In this document: positions 51,934 to 64,000 of the stretch, piece by piece
Layout: each line of letters starts with the position of its first letter
Numbering within the stretch: position 1 is the first letter of the stretch
Assembly (NCBI GenBank): GCA_951406725.2
Contig: OX597814.1
Span: 203,670,001 to 203,734,000 of the forward strand
Length of the DNA stretch: 64,000 nucleotides
Reading direction: 5' to 3'
From: Octopus vulgaris
Lineage: Eukaryota
Translations under genes and position numbers: made by a program
The notes under the pieces: model-generated
What the model was told of the DNA's origin: nothing
Databases searched by the model: none
The model's input: the letters and a program-made list of their open reading frames with translations, nothing else

Positions 51934-54900
51934 TCTCTTAGTTTATACTCCAGAGTGGTTGGTTGGTTAGCTGTTTCACTGGTTTACTACATTGTTGTTT
52001 CACATTTTATACTTCATCTATAAAACAATTTGTAGTTTTGAAGTGATTTTTCTTTTAGATGTTAGGATTTTTGTTTTTCATGTAATCTGAGATTGTATGA
52101 TAACAGTTGAAAGTGATTACACCTGATTCAAAGCATACTAAGTCCCAACACAAAATATGTTTTGCTAATCTTAGTATTGAGAAATCTATTGTTTTGAGAT
52201 CCTATAATCAGCCCCCTTTCTTATGACTAAGTTCTCTGATAGTTGACCTCCTGTTTTGATATATTTTGACATTTCCCTTTTAAAATCAAATCATTAAATT
52301 GACATCTCTTTACATTACTTTTGACTGGTACTTTATCAATGCTTGGGGGGATGAAAAACATGATACTGAAGTCAATTTTGACTTCAGTATGACTCTTCTG
52401 GGGTCAAAGTACCAGTCAAATACTGGGGTCAGTGATATTAACTAATCTCCTCCCCTCAAGGCTGTCTAAATCAGAAACTATTATTTTGAAGAGTGACATT
52501 CTTTGCATTAATGAAAAATATCTTATTGAAAATTATTCAAATTAATTTTGCTGGATGCATTTGAAATATGAACATTTCTCAAAGATATTTCATAACTTTG
52601 ATTTTATTTCTATTTCACCCTGTTTCTTTCTCTTATCTGTCAGATTATCTTAGGTTTTTGAAAATTGCCAAAAGTTAAAATGTTCTCTTTAAAACAGTAC
52701 CAACTTAAAACTTAGATAAAGTTCTGGGTGTTATTTAGTTGCAAAACCTGCCTTCCAGAAGAATTTTGAATTGATTTTAGACTTGTTGGTAATAATTCTA
52801 ATGATGTCTGAAATTCTACCATAAACGTAGCGTCTAAAAGACACTAGAATTTCCTTTTTGATAGTGAGAGACTACTGTAAAACATTTGTTCATGCTTTAG
52901 TTGGAAAGTGTCATATGATGGATAAATGCCAATGATGATGAGTTTCATTGTCAGCTACATCAATATCAATGTTATAATTTGTTTTTGGTATTGACACTCT
53001 TGGCTATATTATTGAAATATAAATGTGCCTGGCTGCAATGTCCTATGTAGCTGTATAGGCTCTGAAAATCTCTTAGGTTTCTAATTTCTCCTTATGGAAT
53101 ATCATCAATTTACATTTATTTTATTTAAAAGTCAGTAATTATGTGTTGTCTGTGAAGAAGCATAAATCTCATATCGGGTTTGAGTTTCTTGTTTGAATCA
53201 GAAAGTCGTAGTTCCTGACAAATATATTTTAAGATATTCATTTGTTCATAACAAAGAATTTTTCAAAGTTGCTTTTCAAATTCCGTTAAATATTTTCATT
53301 TTCAATTCCATTATTTATTTTATTGTAACTTCACCTTCAGGTAGAAGACAGTTGCCCAAGGTATCACGCAATGAGATCCAACCTGATTTTGTGTAGTGTC
53401 AAAACAATCTTTCTAGTCAGACAGCTGTGTTTGTATCAAGAATCCTCACTGGTGTCTCAAAATATTGAAGATAGGAAGATAGCATTCAGATAACTTCATC
53501 AAATCTAATGTTTATTTATTCATATTGTTTTCAATTAATCACACATTATCTCATAGCTTCAAGATTTCAATGATGTGTTTGTATACTTTTAGAATGATAT
53601 TGTAGGGTAGGTAAGAGAGGCCAAATTTGGCCATTTTGAACATGAATAGGTAGAAAATTTAAGCCAGATATGGTCAGTTTAAATGTTAAAGGGTTAATTA
53701 GTAATTACTAAGCAAAATAACAGAATTTTGCTGTTGTTGTTGTCATTCCAAATACAACTATAGCAAGTTATTTTGATATTAAACCTGCAGACCCTCTCTG
53801 TTTACAGAATGGACATGCTGTTTAAAAATAACAAAGACACTCAGTTACATGAAAGGTAAAATACAATAGAAATATGTTCTCATACATAGTTACATAGCAA
53901 CATAATTTCTTTCAGACATAAGTTGGAAGAAAATACATTCAAATACTGACCAACAAATGAAGAGAAAAATTTCCTTAGGTTTATTTTTATATTGACATTT
54001 TGGTTTATATTTGGATAAAAAAGTTTTCCAGTTATGTATTGAATAGATAAAGGTGTACAATTTTATGCAATCTAACCTTGTCCATTGCTGCAATATCTAA
54101 CCTCCTACTTCATTGTGATGTTAAAAACCCAAAGAATCCTTGTTTTTAGAATGCATTATTCTGTCAGGCAACAGATATTTGTATTACGAACAACCCATTG
54201 TTATGAACAAGTTACACAACTTTAAAATGCCCCCTAAGCCAGTTTTATATATTTGCTCATCTTTAAGTGCTATACCTTTATGCTTTTTCATTCAATTTCT
54301 ATATAATGCAAATTTTTTTCTGTATGGAACTTTATTTGTTCTGAAATCTTTTTATTAGGTCAGCTGCTGCAAAACTCAATGTTTCAGTTGCAAATCTTTG
54401 GTGTGATTTTGTCATCCATAACCATGATTTTACTACATCAACAGACTTTGTCATCAATGTTTTTACATATCTATTACAAATGTTTCATTGGGATGGTTAC
54501 TCTATTTTTATACACTCCCCCAAAAGATTACTAAAATTTTTTTGAATCATCATTGTATGTTTGCTTTCCATGGTGGCACGGGTAGGGCAGTTTGACAGGG
54601 AACCAGTAAGCTGCAAGGCTGCATTGAGCCCTAATATAATCTTTGGCATGGTTTCTACAGCTGGATACCCTTCTTAAAATTCCAACTTGAGTTTTCACTG
54701 ATAGAATCCATCTCTAATCTGTTTATAAAGATGTTGAATATGCTTGTTATTTAAGACAGTTGTGCAACAACTACAGTTTAGTATACAATTGTATTGTTAT
54801 TCTGCAGTCATTGTGGAGACTGCAACACTATACTTTTGTCTCTAGTCTGTTATAGGCTAGGAATCATTTACCAAATATGTACTGTTATTCAATATAAGAG

Positions 54901-55698
54901 TTGTTAAATTCTTTCTTCACCCTCTCTCTCTCTCTCTCTCTTTTTGTCTTTGACATATAATTCTTCTCTCAGCTGAATGTTACCTATGTTTGTTACACCA
55001 TTGTGTACATGTTCATATTGTAGCTCAAATGTGAATTTTCCACAGTTGCATCATATTTTTATTATAGTAATCATTGAAGAGCAGTTCTTGCTGGATAGAA
55101 CATTTTAAATTTATTTCATTTACATTAAGCTACATTATATATAATGTACAAATTAAAGTAACAAAATTGTATTAATTGCTTCAGTTTTTTTCTACACCAC
55201 TTCAAAATACAATTTTCAATTTTCTTTTAAATTGGAAATCATTGCAAATTCTTGAAATCTCTTTTAGCCATACCATATAAACGTATGGAAACAAAATACT
55301 TTACTATATGAAATACCTATTGAAATAACTATTTTCTTATCTGGAAGAGAAAATGGATATATTACAATAAGATTTTAAAATAAATGTAGGAAAGTAATGG
55401 ATTAATAAAAATATGAGTTTTTATTAATGCCTAAAACTTCAGTAAATGGTAGGATAAAAGACTATTTTTTATTATAGTTGAGCCAGACCTCAAATGTTAA
55501 TATTTCTTTTAGTTTTTTTCTTATAAATAAAATCATCTTTACATCATTAAAAAAATGATGAAAGCAGGAAAATATATTTTTAACTTTTGCAAAGAATATG
55601 TAGCTTTCAATTTAAGTATAGGATGTTGTTTGTTTCCAGTTAGAGTTTATGTATATAGCTAAACAAATCTCAGTTTCACTATTGATCTTTATTCACAG

Positions 55699-55770
55699 CT
55701 CGAGACAAAGGACAGATAAGCAGAATTAAAAAGCTGAAGAGAAGAATATCTGCAAGTTTTGGACGCTTGA
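55699..55770 (+). CDS. CDK14: Internal coding exon (72 bp, phase 1-1) of a PFTAIRE-type cyclin-dependent kinase (CDK14/Eip63E-like), N-terminal basic region
   Basis: Acceptor ...ctttattcacAG (55697-55698) and consensus donor GTAAGT (55771-55776). The only open frame reads [xCT] RDKGQISRIKKLKRRISASFGRL [A]. From memory this resembles human CDK14 KIGKMKKLRRTLSESFSRI and Drosophila Eip63E GALQKLKKRLSHSFGRL. No kinase-domain exons are in the window. Confidence 0.8.
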
Positions 55771-55974
55771 GTAAGTATTGTTTCTATTGTCAAACAATAT
55801 CACAATGTAAATACATTTTCTTGTACAATGAAACTAGATAATCTTACTTCTAACATTTCAACATTCTGAGGGAAGTTTCTGTGTGCTAGAGTTATCTTAC
55901 ATGTTCATCTCTCCTCTTTCATCATGGTAGTTTGAAGGAAAAAAAAAGAAGTAATAACTGAATCAACTCCATGC

Positions 55975-56110
55975 ACTTTGTAAATGGAACAAATGGTAGA
56001 TTCATTGATGCCAAACTTGCAGCCCACAGCAGCGAAGCTTAAATCTCTACCTTTTTCTGTAGAGAATACATTTGTCTGGCACTTGGGTATTTTTTTCTGT
56101 TCACTAACCC
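55975..56110 (-). mobile_element. Tigger/pogo N-terminal HTH fragment
   Basis: ORF 55905-56150 contains LSFAAVGCKFGINESTICSIYK, resembling the Tigger psq-type HTH (S.AAVGR.YG.NESTV..I). Confidence 0.65.
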
Positions 56111-56391
56111 CATGTTGATGGTTTCGAGTACATAGACCATGGATATTCATTGCGTTCTGGGTAGCTGAGCATTGTTGGTGGTTACTGGGGCATGTTTTTG
56201 TGATAAAAACAGAATCTTTGACTGATCACTAACCTGTGGTATCACAGATCAATCTGTGATAAGTGTAACCTGGTTCACAATCGAGCATACTGTTTTATTT
56301 TGGATCATGATTAATAAATTGGTTACATGTTCTATAGTGGTAAGTTCCCAGAAAGCTGTGTTTGTGATATGTTTTCAATCTCTGGTTCTGA

Positions 56392-57520
56392 TCATGATCA
56401 TTGTTGTTTAACGTCTACTTTCCATGCTGGCAAAGATTGGATGGTTTGACTGAGAACTGGTATGCCGGGAGGCTGCACAAAACTCCAATCTGATTTAGCA
56501 AGGTTTCTACAGCTTGATGCCCTCCCGCCCTAACACCAACCACTCCGAGAGTGTAGTAGGTGCTTTTTACATGCCACCAGCACTGGTATTGGCCATGCTC
56601 AAATGGTACTTTTTAACGTACCACCAGCACAGGTACCTGCCACGCTTGAACTGTACTTTTTACTTACCATTGGCATGGGTGCCAGTCACATGGCACTGGA
56701 ATTGGCCATACTCAGATGGTGCTTGTTTACATGCCACCAGCACAAGTGCCAGTCAGGTGACACTGGCATTGGCCACGCTCAAATGGTACTTTTTACATGC
56801 CACCAGCATGGGTGCCAGTCAGGCCATGACTACAATCTCACTCAGTTCAACAGGTCTTCACAAGCACAGCACATCATCTGACGATTGAAGGGTGCTTTTA
56901 AACGAGCCAGTCAAGCGACACTTGATTCAGCCGATCTCACTTGGCTTGCTGGGTCTTATCAGGCACAGCATATCTTGGTCGCTTGTCATTGCCTCTGTGA
57001 GGCCCAACGTTCAAAGGTCGTGCTTCACCACCTCATCCCATGTCTTCCTAATTCTACCTCTTCCACAGGTTCCCTCCACTGTTAGGGTGTGACACTTCTT
57101 CACACAGCTGCCCTCATCCATAAGCATTAAATGACCATACTAGCACAGTCGTCTCTCTTGCATACCACATCTGATGCTTCTTATGTCCAACTGTTCTCTC
57201 AGGATGCTTACATACACTCTGTCATACATGCATACTGACATTACACATCTAGCAGAGCATACTAGCTTCATTTCTTTCAAGCCTATGCATGTCCTCAGCA
57301 GTCACAGCCCATGTTTTACTGCCGTGTAACATGGCTGTTCGCACACAGGCATCATAGAGTCTACCTTTCACTTTGCACGAAAGGCAGCAGAATTAGGAAC
57401 TCTCTGAACTTTGCCCGGCCTATTCTTATTCTAACAGCTATGCTCTCAGAGCATCCACCCCTGCTGCTGACTTGGTCACCTAGGTAATAGAAGTTATCAA
57501 CTACTAGTTTTTCCGCCTGG
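56392..57520 (-). mobile_element. RTE LINE 3' portion (ORF C-terminus, 3'UTR, tail)
   Basis: Reverse complement of the same tail and 3'UTR; the minus strand encodes LVDNFYYLGDQVSSRGGCSESIAVRIRIG and CVKKCHTLTVEGTCGRGRIRKTWDEVV. Confidence 0.9.
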
Positions 57521-58679
57521 TATTCTACATATCTTATTATATTGTGTTGATGGTTGACAACTCTTTCAAAAATTATTGGGATGATCTTGTATAAAACTGA
57601 AGTCTCTTCTATTGGACATTAAAAAGAAATACTTTTGCTACTGGATAACTGATTGGCCTCTATTTTGCCACTTTTAAAATATGAAGTAGTCGTGTATTAT
57701 ATATTAAGATCTGTATTAATTAAGACATTACTAACTTTTAATCTATCCATTAGCATAACATCAGTGTGTATGCATTCACATAAAATTATGTCATTAACAG
57801 TTATGCAATTTACATAAATGTTTTCCATATTAATTAGCTTAGTTTTGCTCAACCTCTTTTAGAAATATTTGGGTTGTTCATAGTCAGCGTATCAACATTA
57901 TTCAGGATAACTTAACAAAAAAATTTATTTAGCATTAAGTTGCTTATGTTGTAAGACCATATAAGGCTTTCCTGTTACTTGTATTTTCAGCACTTACATA
58001 TTTAAAGCAACAAAGCATTTTCTTTTTTTTTTTTCCTTTTGCTTTAATTTTTAAATGGTCTATTAAAAAATAACTTACGAAAATTAGGTGAGCAAAAGCA
58101 AAAATACTAATTAATGGAAATTAAATAGTACTGTACAGTGAGGTTCCATACTTCAGCAACTACACACCTGTTCTCTATGCATCACTGATGACATTAACCT
58201 GCATCTGAAATAGATTAACAAGACCTAGTTGATTCAGAGACGGCCTTTATTTACTTTTGTACTGTGTACATCCTGAACAAATTAATGATTAGACAGCTTC
58301 TGTAGCCAACACTATATACTTAATACCCTAGATACTTTGTTTTATTGCTTATCTATTTTATCTGTGCTATCTACTCTATCTCTGTAATTAACTCTTCAGC
58401 ACTATCAAGGCAAATTGCAATGTATCTGTTACACAAATGGAAACAGCCGAAATAGAATTTTATTCCCTAAAACTACAATATATTTTTCCATATTTTTTGT
58501 AAATTTCAGAAATGGTCCTTCAATAAAAGACTAAAATCTTTCTTAGTTGTTTCCTTGCATATTTGATTATTTATAATTGACTGGATTATAATCAATAGCT
58601 TTATATTACTAAACCTATGTAAGACAAGATATGTCCGTTTTAATGGTACCCTCACTTAATATAGAAACAAAGAGCTAAC

Positions 58680-58868
58680 CTCCATGTAGTTGCTTGATTT
58701 GCTAGAAATAGTAAACAAATTATCCCCAAATCATATCCTACCTATATTAAGGAGAAGATACATTAGATGATGTTCTAGATAACCCTAAAATGATTAGATG
58801 GCCACTGTTAGAATGTCTTTGATTATAAATCTCTTCAGTCAATGTTTAGGTTGGTTAAATGACAACGG
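58680..58868 (+). repeat. Dispersed repeat family F (probable SINE with (CAA)n-like end)
   Basis: Blocks gctagaaatag...aaat..ccccaaatca and gaatgtctttgattata recur in reverse orientation at ~7340-7480, 17095-17290 and 49435-49640. Confidence 0.5.
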
Positions 58869-59904
58869 GAATATTTAACATCATCATCACTTAACATCCA
58901 TGTTCTGTGTTGGCATGGGTTGTACTACTAGTATAGGTTAAACAAAATACATTACTTACTATAGATTGATAATTCTTGGGACCAGAAGAGATTTTTGGAT
59001 TTGGGATTTCTTTTGAATTTTCAATAATCGTATATTCCCATCTGCAAAATGCTCTAGGCATTGTTTATTTCTCATTTACTTCTGTCCATCATTTTCAGCT
59101 TAGAACTTTGAACAGTTTTTTTGTTTTCTTTTTTTTATTTACTTGTTTCGCTCATTAGACTGTGGCCATACTGGGGTACTGCCTTGAAAAACGAATTGAC
59201 CCTAGTTCTTTGTTTTCTTCGGTCTCTTTTGCTGAGCCACTAAGTTATGGGCATGTAAATACATCAAGACAGTTGTCAAATACACGCATACACACACACA
59301 TTCACATGATGGACTTTTTTCAGTTTCTGCCTACCAAATCCATTCACAAGGCTTTGGTTGGCCTGAGACTATAGCAGAAGGCACTTGCCCAAAGTACCAT
59401 GCAGTGGGACTGAACCTGGAATCATGTGGTTGGGAAGCAAACTTATCACACAACTACAAGTTGTTCCAGTACCAAACTCTCTAGATGCTTCACACTCCTG
59501 TTGTAAAGTTTTCCCAACAACTTAATTTTGTGTGCTATTGATAAACATAAATACTTCATTTTTTATTGATATATTTCCGGATGGTTTTTATTTTCTTTGC
59601 CAATAAACACACACACACACTAGATACTCATTCTTAATTTTGGCTTTTTTATTGTTCTCATTTTAATGTCCTTTGTCTGAAGTCTGTTATCACACATCCT
59701 GTGACCTCTTCCATGACTCCCATGTGTCTCCTCCTGTCCTGTTCAGTCCATGACCATCCCAAAATATAACAATATCTGTTTCAACACACAATTTCATATC
59801 AGGTATCTTGCAAAAACAAATACATAAACATAACTTCCTTTTTCACTTTTTCCTATAACCCAGGCCTTTTTCTACAAAGAGGAGAGATATATATGTGGTT
59901 TTCC

Positions 59905-60113
59905 TTGTTTACTCGTTATTTGACTGTGGCCATGCTGGAGCACCGCCTTTAGTCTAGCAAATCAACCCCAGGACTTGTTCTTTGTAAGCCTAGTACTTAT
60001 TCTATTGGTCTCTTTTTGCCGAACTGCTAAGTGACGGGGACATAAACACACCAGCATCGGTTGTCAAGCGATGTTGGGGAGACAAACACAGACACACAAA
60101 CTTATACACACAC

Positions 60114-60175
<62 letters not shown>

Positions 60176-60338
60176 GACAGACTTCTTTCAGTTTCCGTCT
60201 ACCAAATCCACTCACAAGTCTTTGGTCAGCCTGAGGCTATAGTAGAAGACACTTGCCCAAGGTGCCACGCAGTGGGACTGAACCTGGAACCATGTGATTC
60301 GTAAGCAAGCTACTTACCACACAGTCACTCCTACACCT
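59905..60338 (-). mobile_element. SINE family A, full length
   Basis: Reverse complement of the 1556-1900 element, with a long internal (TA)n at 60126-60173. Confidence 0.88.
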
Positions 60339-62192
60339 ATAATGTTTCTACATGATGCATTAATTGTAAAGAAATGTCACCATCCTTTTCGGTGGGGAAT
60401 TTTGTGATCTCGATCATTTGTATGCTATGGAAACTGGGTAACCAGCCTTATGAGTCATAGGATTTAAGACAGTAATATACTGGGGTTGATGATGATAACG
60501 AATACAAGTATATACATATTAAATTGTCGATAAATTCATGTCTGTTTGTTGTATTTTTACCAACTGATTTGTGTTTGGGCAAAAGCACCCAGTATACTCT
60601 GTAAAGTGGTTGACATTAAGAAGGCCATCCAACTATAGAAAACATACAAAACAATTGGTGTCTGGTGCAGCTCTCCTGTCAAACCATCCAACCCATGCCA
60701 GCATGAAAAACGGACATTAAATGATGATAACCATATATCACCAGAAGAGCTGGTGACTCTTCAGAAACTGCAGTGTTTCCTAAATGTCCAAATTTATAAC
60801 TTGGTCCCTACAAATGTAGGGACCAAGGAATGTAGGGACCATTCTCTTGTAACCTCAGAGAATCACTGGCATGGTCCCAAGACCAACCACCTACTGAAGT
60901 GTGATCACTACCACCACCCCTTACATTTTCTTACACTCTTCCACTTTATTCACTATTGAAGTCATTGTTTCAAACGATATCTTTGCTATTTCATTTTTCT
61001 TTTCTACATTGTCACTTACAAAAATTAATAAGATCATCATATAAGAGTCACTTAACATATTAAAAATCTAATGAAAACTTAATTAAGCAATCTAAGTTGT
61101 CTAATTTATGGTTTTACTCATTGATATTTATAATAGCTAGTTTTGTATATTTCTTCATACAGTCAACTTGATTCACCTTCAAGCAGCAACAAATTAGCTT
61201 TAGGTTAAGTTTGAAAGCAATCAGAAAGGGAACAGGGTCAATGAGACATAATTTAAAATCTTCAAACTTTTGACAAGTGCTTACTTTGTGATACACATGA
61301 TGACCTTCTTTAGTGGCTACCCAAAGCAGAAAGACTGCATTCCTAAACTTGGGTTTCTTCAATGTCCAAATTTACCTCAGTTTGCATAGATACTGATACT
61401 CTTCACAGTACATGTGCATCACATTTGGAGTACCACTAACCTCTCTGTCAAACATTTTAGAATCCACTGGCTAAGCCATCTGTTTGATAGGAAATCTTTC
61501 ACATAGCCTATTGATGTACCCTTCCTTTTTTTCTTTTTGGCTATCTCTCTCTATTTCTACAGTTTCTTCTCTGAAACCTATCTATTTAACTGTCCTCACC
61601 ACATCCTTGCTATGTCCTACTCTACAAACCCAGTACTAAACCTGTTTCCCAATCCTTTCTTCCCGACATGCAACCCTCAGGAGTTCCTTCCCTACTCACA
61701 CTTCTCCTACAAATATCACCCTAGCGCAATTCAAGTGGAACATCTGCTGTATTGACATCATTAGTCTTGGAAAGGAAGAGGGTCTAACTGTCACTTCAGA
61801 ATAAATTAAAAAAGAAAAGAAAACAAAACAGGTAAAGAATAGTATGCTTGCAGTTAGGACTGCAGATAATGAACTGTTCTGGTGATATATCGGAAATAGT
61901 AATTACATTTTACTCTAAGCCTTTTCTTACTATATTCCTGTTGAAATGCTCTGTTATTGATCCTGTTAACTTAGCAACAAATGCAGAATTTAGAAGATTT
62001 TAATTTAGATCACATTAAAGCGAGAAGTTTGTAAATAGAAGCAGAAGTGGTCATGGGTGGGTTTGTATAAAAAGCAGCAACACCAATTTTTTTTTGGTGT
62101 GTGAAGATGAAGGAAGAATTGCAGTGTGCTCTTACAGCAAAGGGTTTCTATTTAGGTCAAGGAGTAGATTGTGATATGCGTGTTCCATTACT

Positions 62193-62575
62193 CTTTTACT
62201 TGTTTCAGTCATTTGACTGTGGCCATGCTGGAGCACTGCCTTTAGTCAAGCACATTGACCCCAGGACTTATTCTTTGTAAGCCTAGTACTTATTCTATTG
62301 GTCTCTTTTGCTGAACCGCTAAGTTACAGGGACATAAACACACCAGCATCAGTTGTCAAGCGATGTTGGGGGGACAAACATATACACACACATACATATA
62401 TATATATACACAACGGGCTTCTTTCAGTTTCCGCCTAACAGATCCACTCACAAGGCTTTGGTTGGCCTGAGGCTATAGTAGAAGACACTTGCCCAAGGTG
62501 CCATGTAGTGGAACTGAACACGGAACCATGTAGTTCGTAAGCAAGCTACTTACCACACAGCCACTCCTACACCTA
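62193..62575 (-). mobile_element. SINE family A, full length
   Basis: Very similar to 59905-60338. Diverged or partial copies at ~18700-18845(-), 23580-23690(+), 36855-36975(-), 53335-53430(-) and 59135-59450(-). Confidence 0.88.
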
Positions 62576-63109
62576 TGTAATTTCTAGTTGTAAAACAATT
62601 AGTGATGGGCTTGCAGTGACTAGAGTGTTACATTTTATGTTCACTCTGTTGCAATGTAGAATAATGAACTTGACAGAGAAGTTGACAGGCAAGGAAATAA
62701 AGAAAGTGATTACAAGATGGATGGATGGATGTGCCGGAAGGTCATGTAATGTAACTGATTATTTACTGTGAAAAATAAATGAGGAGTTTGTCATCATGGC
62801 AAAAATTAGGATGAGTTGGTTAATACTAGAGGATGTATGACTTTGCAGAAAGGACGACCACAGTGAATTCGGTGAAATATGCTACTGTGTAAAGGTACCA
62901 AATTCAGTTAAAATCTTCATATTCCATACAAATGTTTGCTCTTATAACCTGACTATCACATAGTATGTATTCACATAATTTCACATAAACTATGAATCTT
63001 AAAGGCTGATTTTCTTTTCCAAAGATATAAATATGCTCTACGCCATATTAATAGTAAAATACTTAGATGATGGAGCTTATTACAAAATTAAACATTTGAA
63101 CTAAAATAT

Positions 63110-63500
63110 AGCCAGGTATGACTGTGTAGTTAAAAGGCTTGATTCCCAACCACATGGACTCAGGTTCAGTCCTGCTGTGCAGCATCTTGGGCAAGTGTCT
63201 TCTACTATAGCCTCCAGGATGACCAAAGCCTTTTGAGTGGATTTGGTGGATGGAAAATGAAAGAAGTTCATTACATGTATGTGTGCCCTTGTCTTGGCAT
63301 CATGTAATGGTTGTAAATGAGCATCATTGTTATACAAGCAATGTTGTTTGTTTCTAGTCTTCTATGCATCACTTTGCTTGAAAACAGGTGATGGTTAGTT
63401 ACAGAAGTGACATCCAGCCATAGAAAATCTGCCTCAACAAATTCTGTCTGACCCATGCCAGCATAGAAAAGTGGATGTTAAATAGTAATAATGGTTATGA
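63110..63500 (+). mobile_element. SINE family D: family-A head, different body, RTE-type tail
   Basis: Head as in family A; 3' end catccagccatagaaaatctgcc...acccatgccagcatagaaaagtggatgttaa matches the RTE tail. Other copies at 27365-27738(+) and 32880-33297(+); partial at 34225-34342(+) and 39300-39460(-). Confidence 0.8.
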
Positions 63501-63779
63501 TGGTGGCTTCATTGACAAGTTTTTATTGACAACACTTTACAACCACTTGCTTACATTGAACTCTGCCTGCTCTTTGTGTCTTCTTCCATTTCTACTTAGT
63601 TTTTGGTGTTCTTAACTTGACAGACTCTAAAGCTCCCTGTCCCATCACCTTTTCCATCCAACCCTCTTGTCACCCTCACTACTCTCCCAGAGATCTCTTT
63701 ACTCCTAGAAAAATATCTCTCTTCCTGCTTTTTTTTTTTTTTTTTTTTTTTGTAAACTTCATTCTTGGCACATAAAATC

Positions 63780-63952
63780 ACCCACTACACTCTCGGAGTG
63801 GTTGGCGTTAGGAAGGGCATCCAGCTGTAGAAACACTGCCAGATCTGACTGGCCTGGTGCAGCCTTCGTGCTCCCCAGACCCCAGTTGAACCGTCCAACC
63901 CATGCTAGCATGGAAAGCGGACGTTAAATGACGATGATGATGATGATGATGA
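63780..63952 (+). mobile_element. Short, young RTE tail insertion
   Basis: acccactacactctcggagtggttggcgttaggaagggcatccagctg...ggacgttaaatgacgatgatgatgat with CpGs intact. More such tails at ~4817-4900(-), 12945-13030(-), 13168-13350(-), 24470-24705(+), 24873-25050(-), 40460-40670(-), 45033-45177(-), 48880-49155(+), 54547-54675(-) and 60580-60730(+); a tail-less 3'UTR piece lies at 50600-50890(+). Confidence 0.88.
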
Positions 63953-64000
63953 TTCACTAAACTACATTGAAACTAATTAATCATAACTAAATAAATGAAA

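Noticed and set aside
61114-61500. 82-aa minus-strand ORF, possibly a transposase remnant
   Set aside because: No motif that I can assign with confidence.

Overview
AT-rich eukaryotic DNA, dense in microsatellites and transposons. The repeat families look like those of Octopus (coleoid cephalopod); this is inferred from pattern recognition, not from a search. I can support only one host coding exon: a 72-bp phase 1-1 exon at 55699-55770 (+) encoding RDKGQISRIKKLKRRISASFGRL, which matches the N-terminal basic segment of PFTAIRE kinases (CDK14 / Drosophila Eip63E). Most of the window is therefore probably intron of that gene. The rest is mobile DNA: RTE-clade LINE fragments with (GAT)n tails, at least five SINE-like families, TTAA-flanked (piggyBac-like) MITEs, a fold-back MITE, remnants of a Helitron Rep/helicase and of pogo-type transposases, Helentron-type non-autonomous elements, a CR1-like 3' end and a ~63-unit (TTC)n tract. 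The most unusual signals are: (i) three repeat families carrying a minimal type-I hammerhead-ribozyme-like fold, one of them fused to a tRNA-derived SINE head with a Penelope-style inverted tail copy; (ii) a SINE that inserted as a tail+monomer concatemer inside one 17-bp TSD; (iii) inverted RTE copies bracketing the symmetric kinase exon. Most ORFs in the supplied track are repeat artefacts. Repeat boundaries were estimated by eye.
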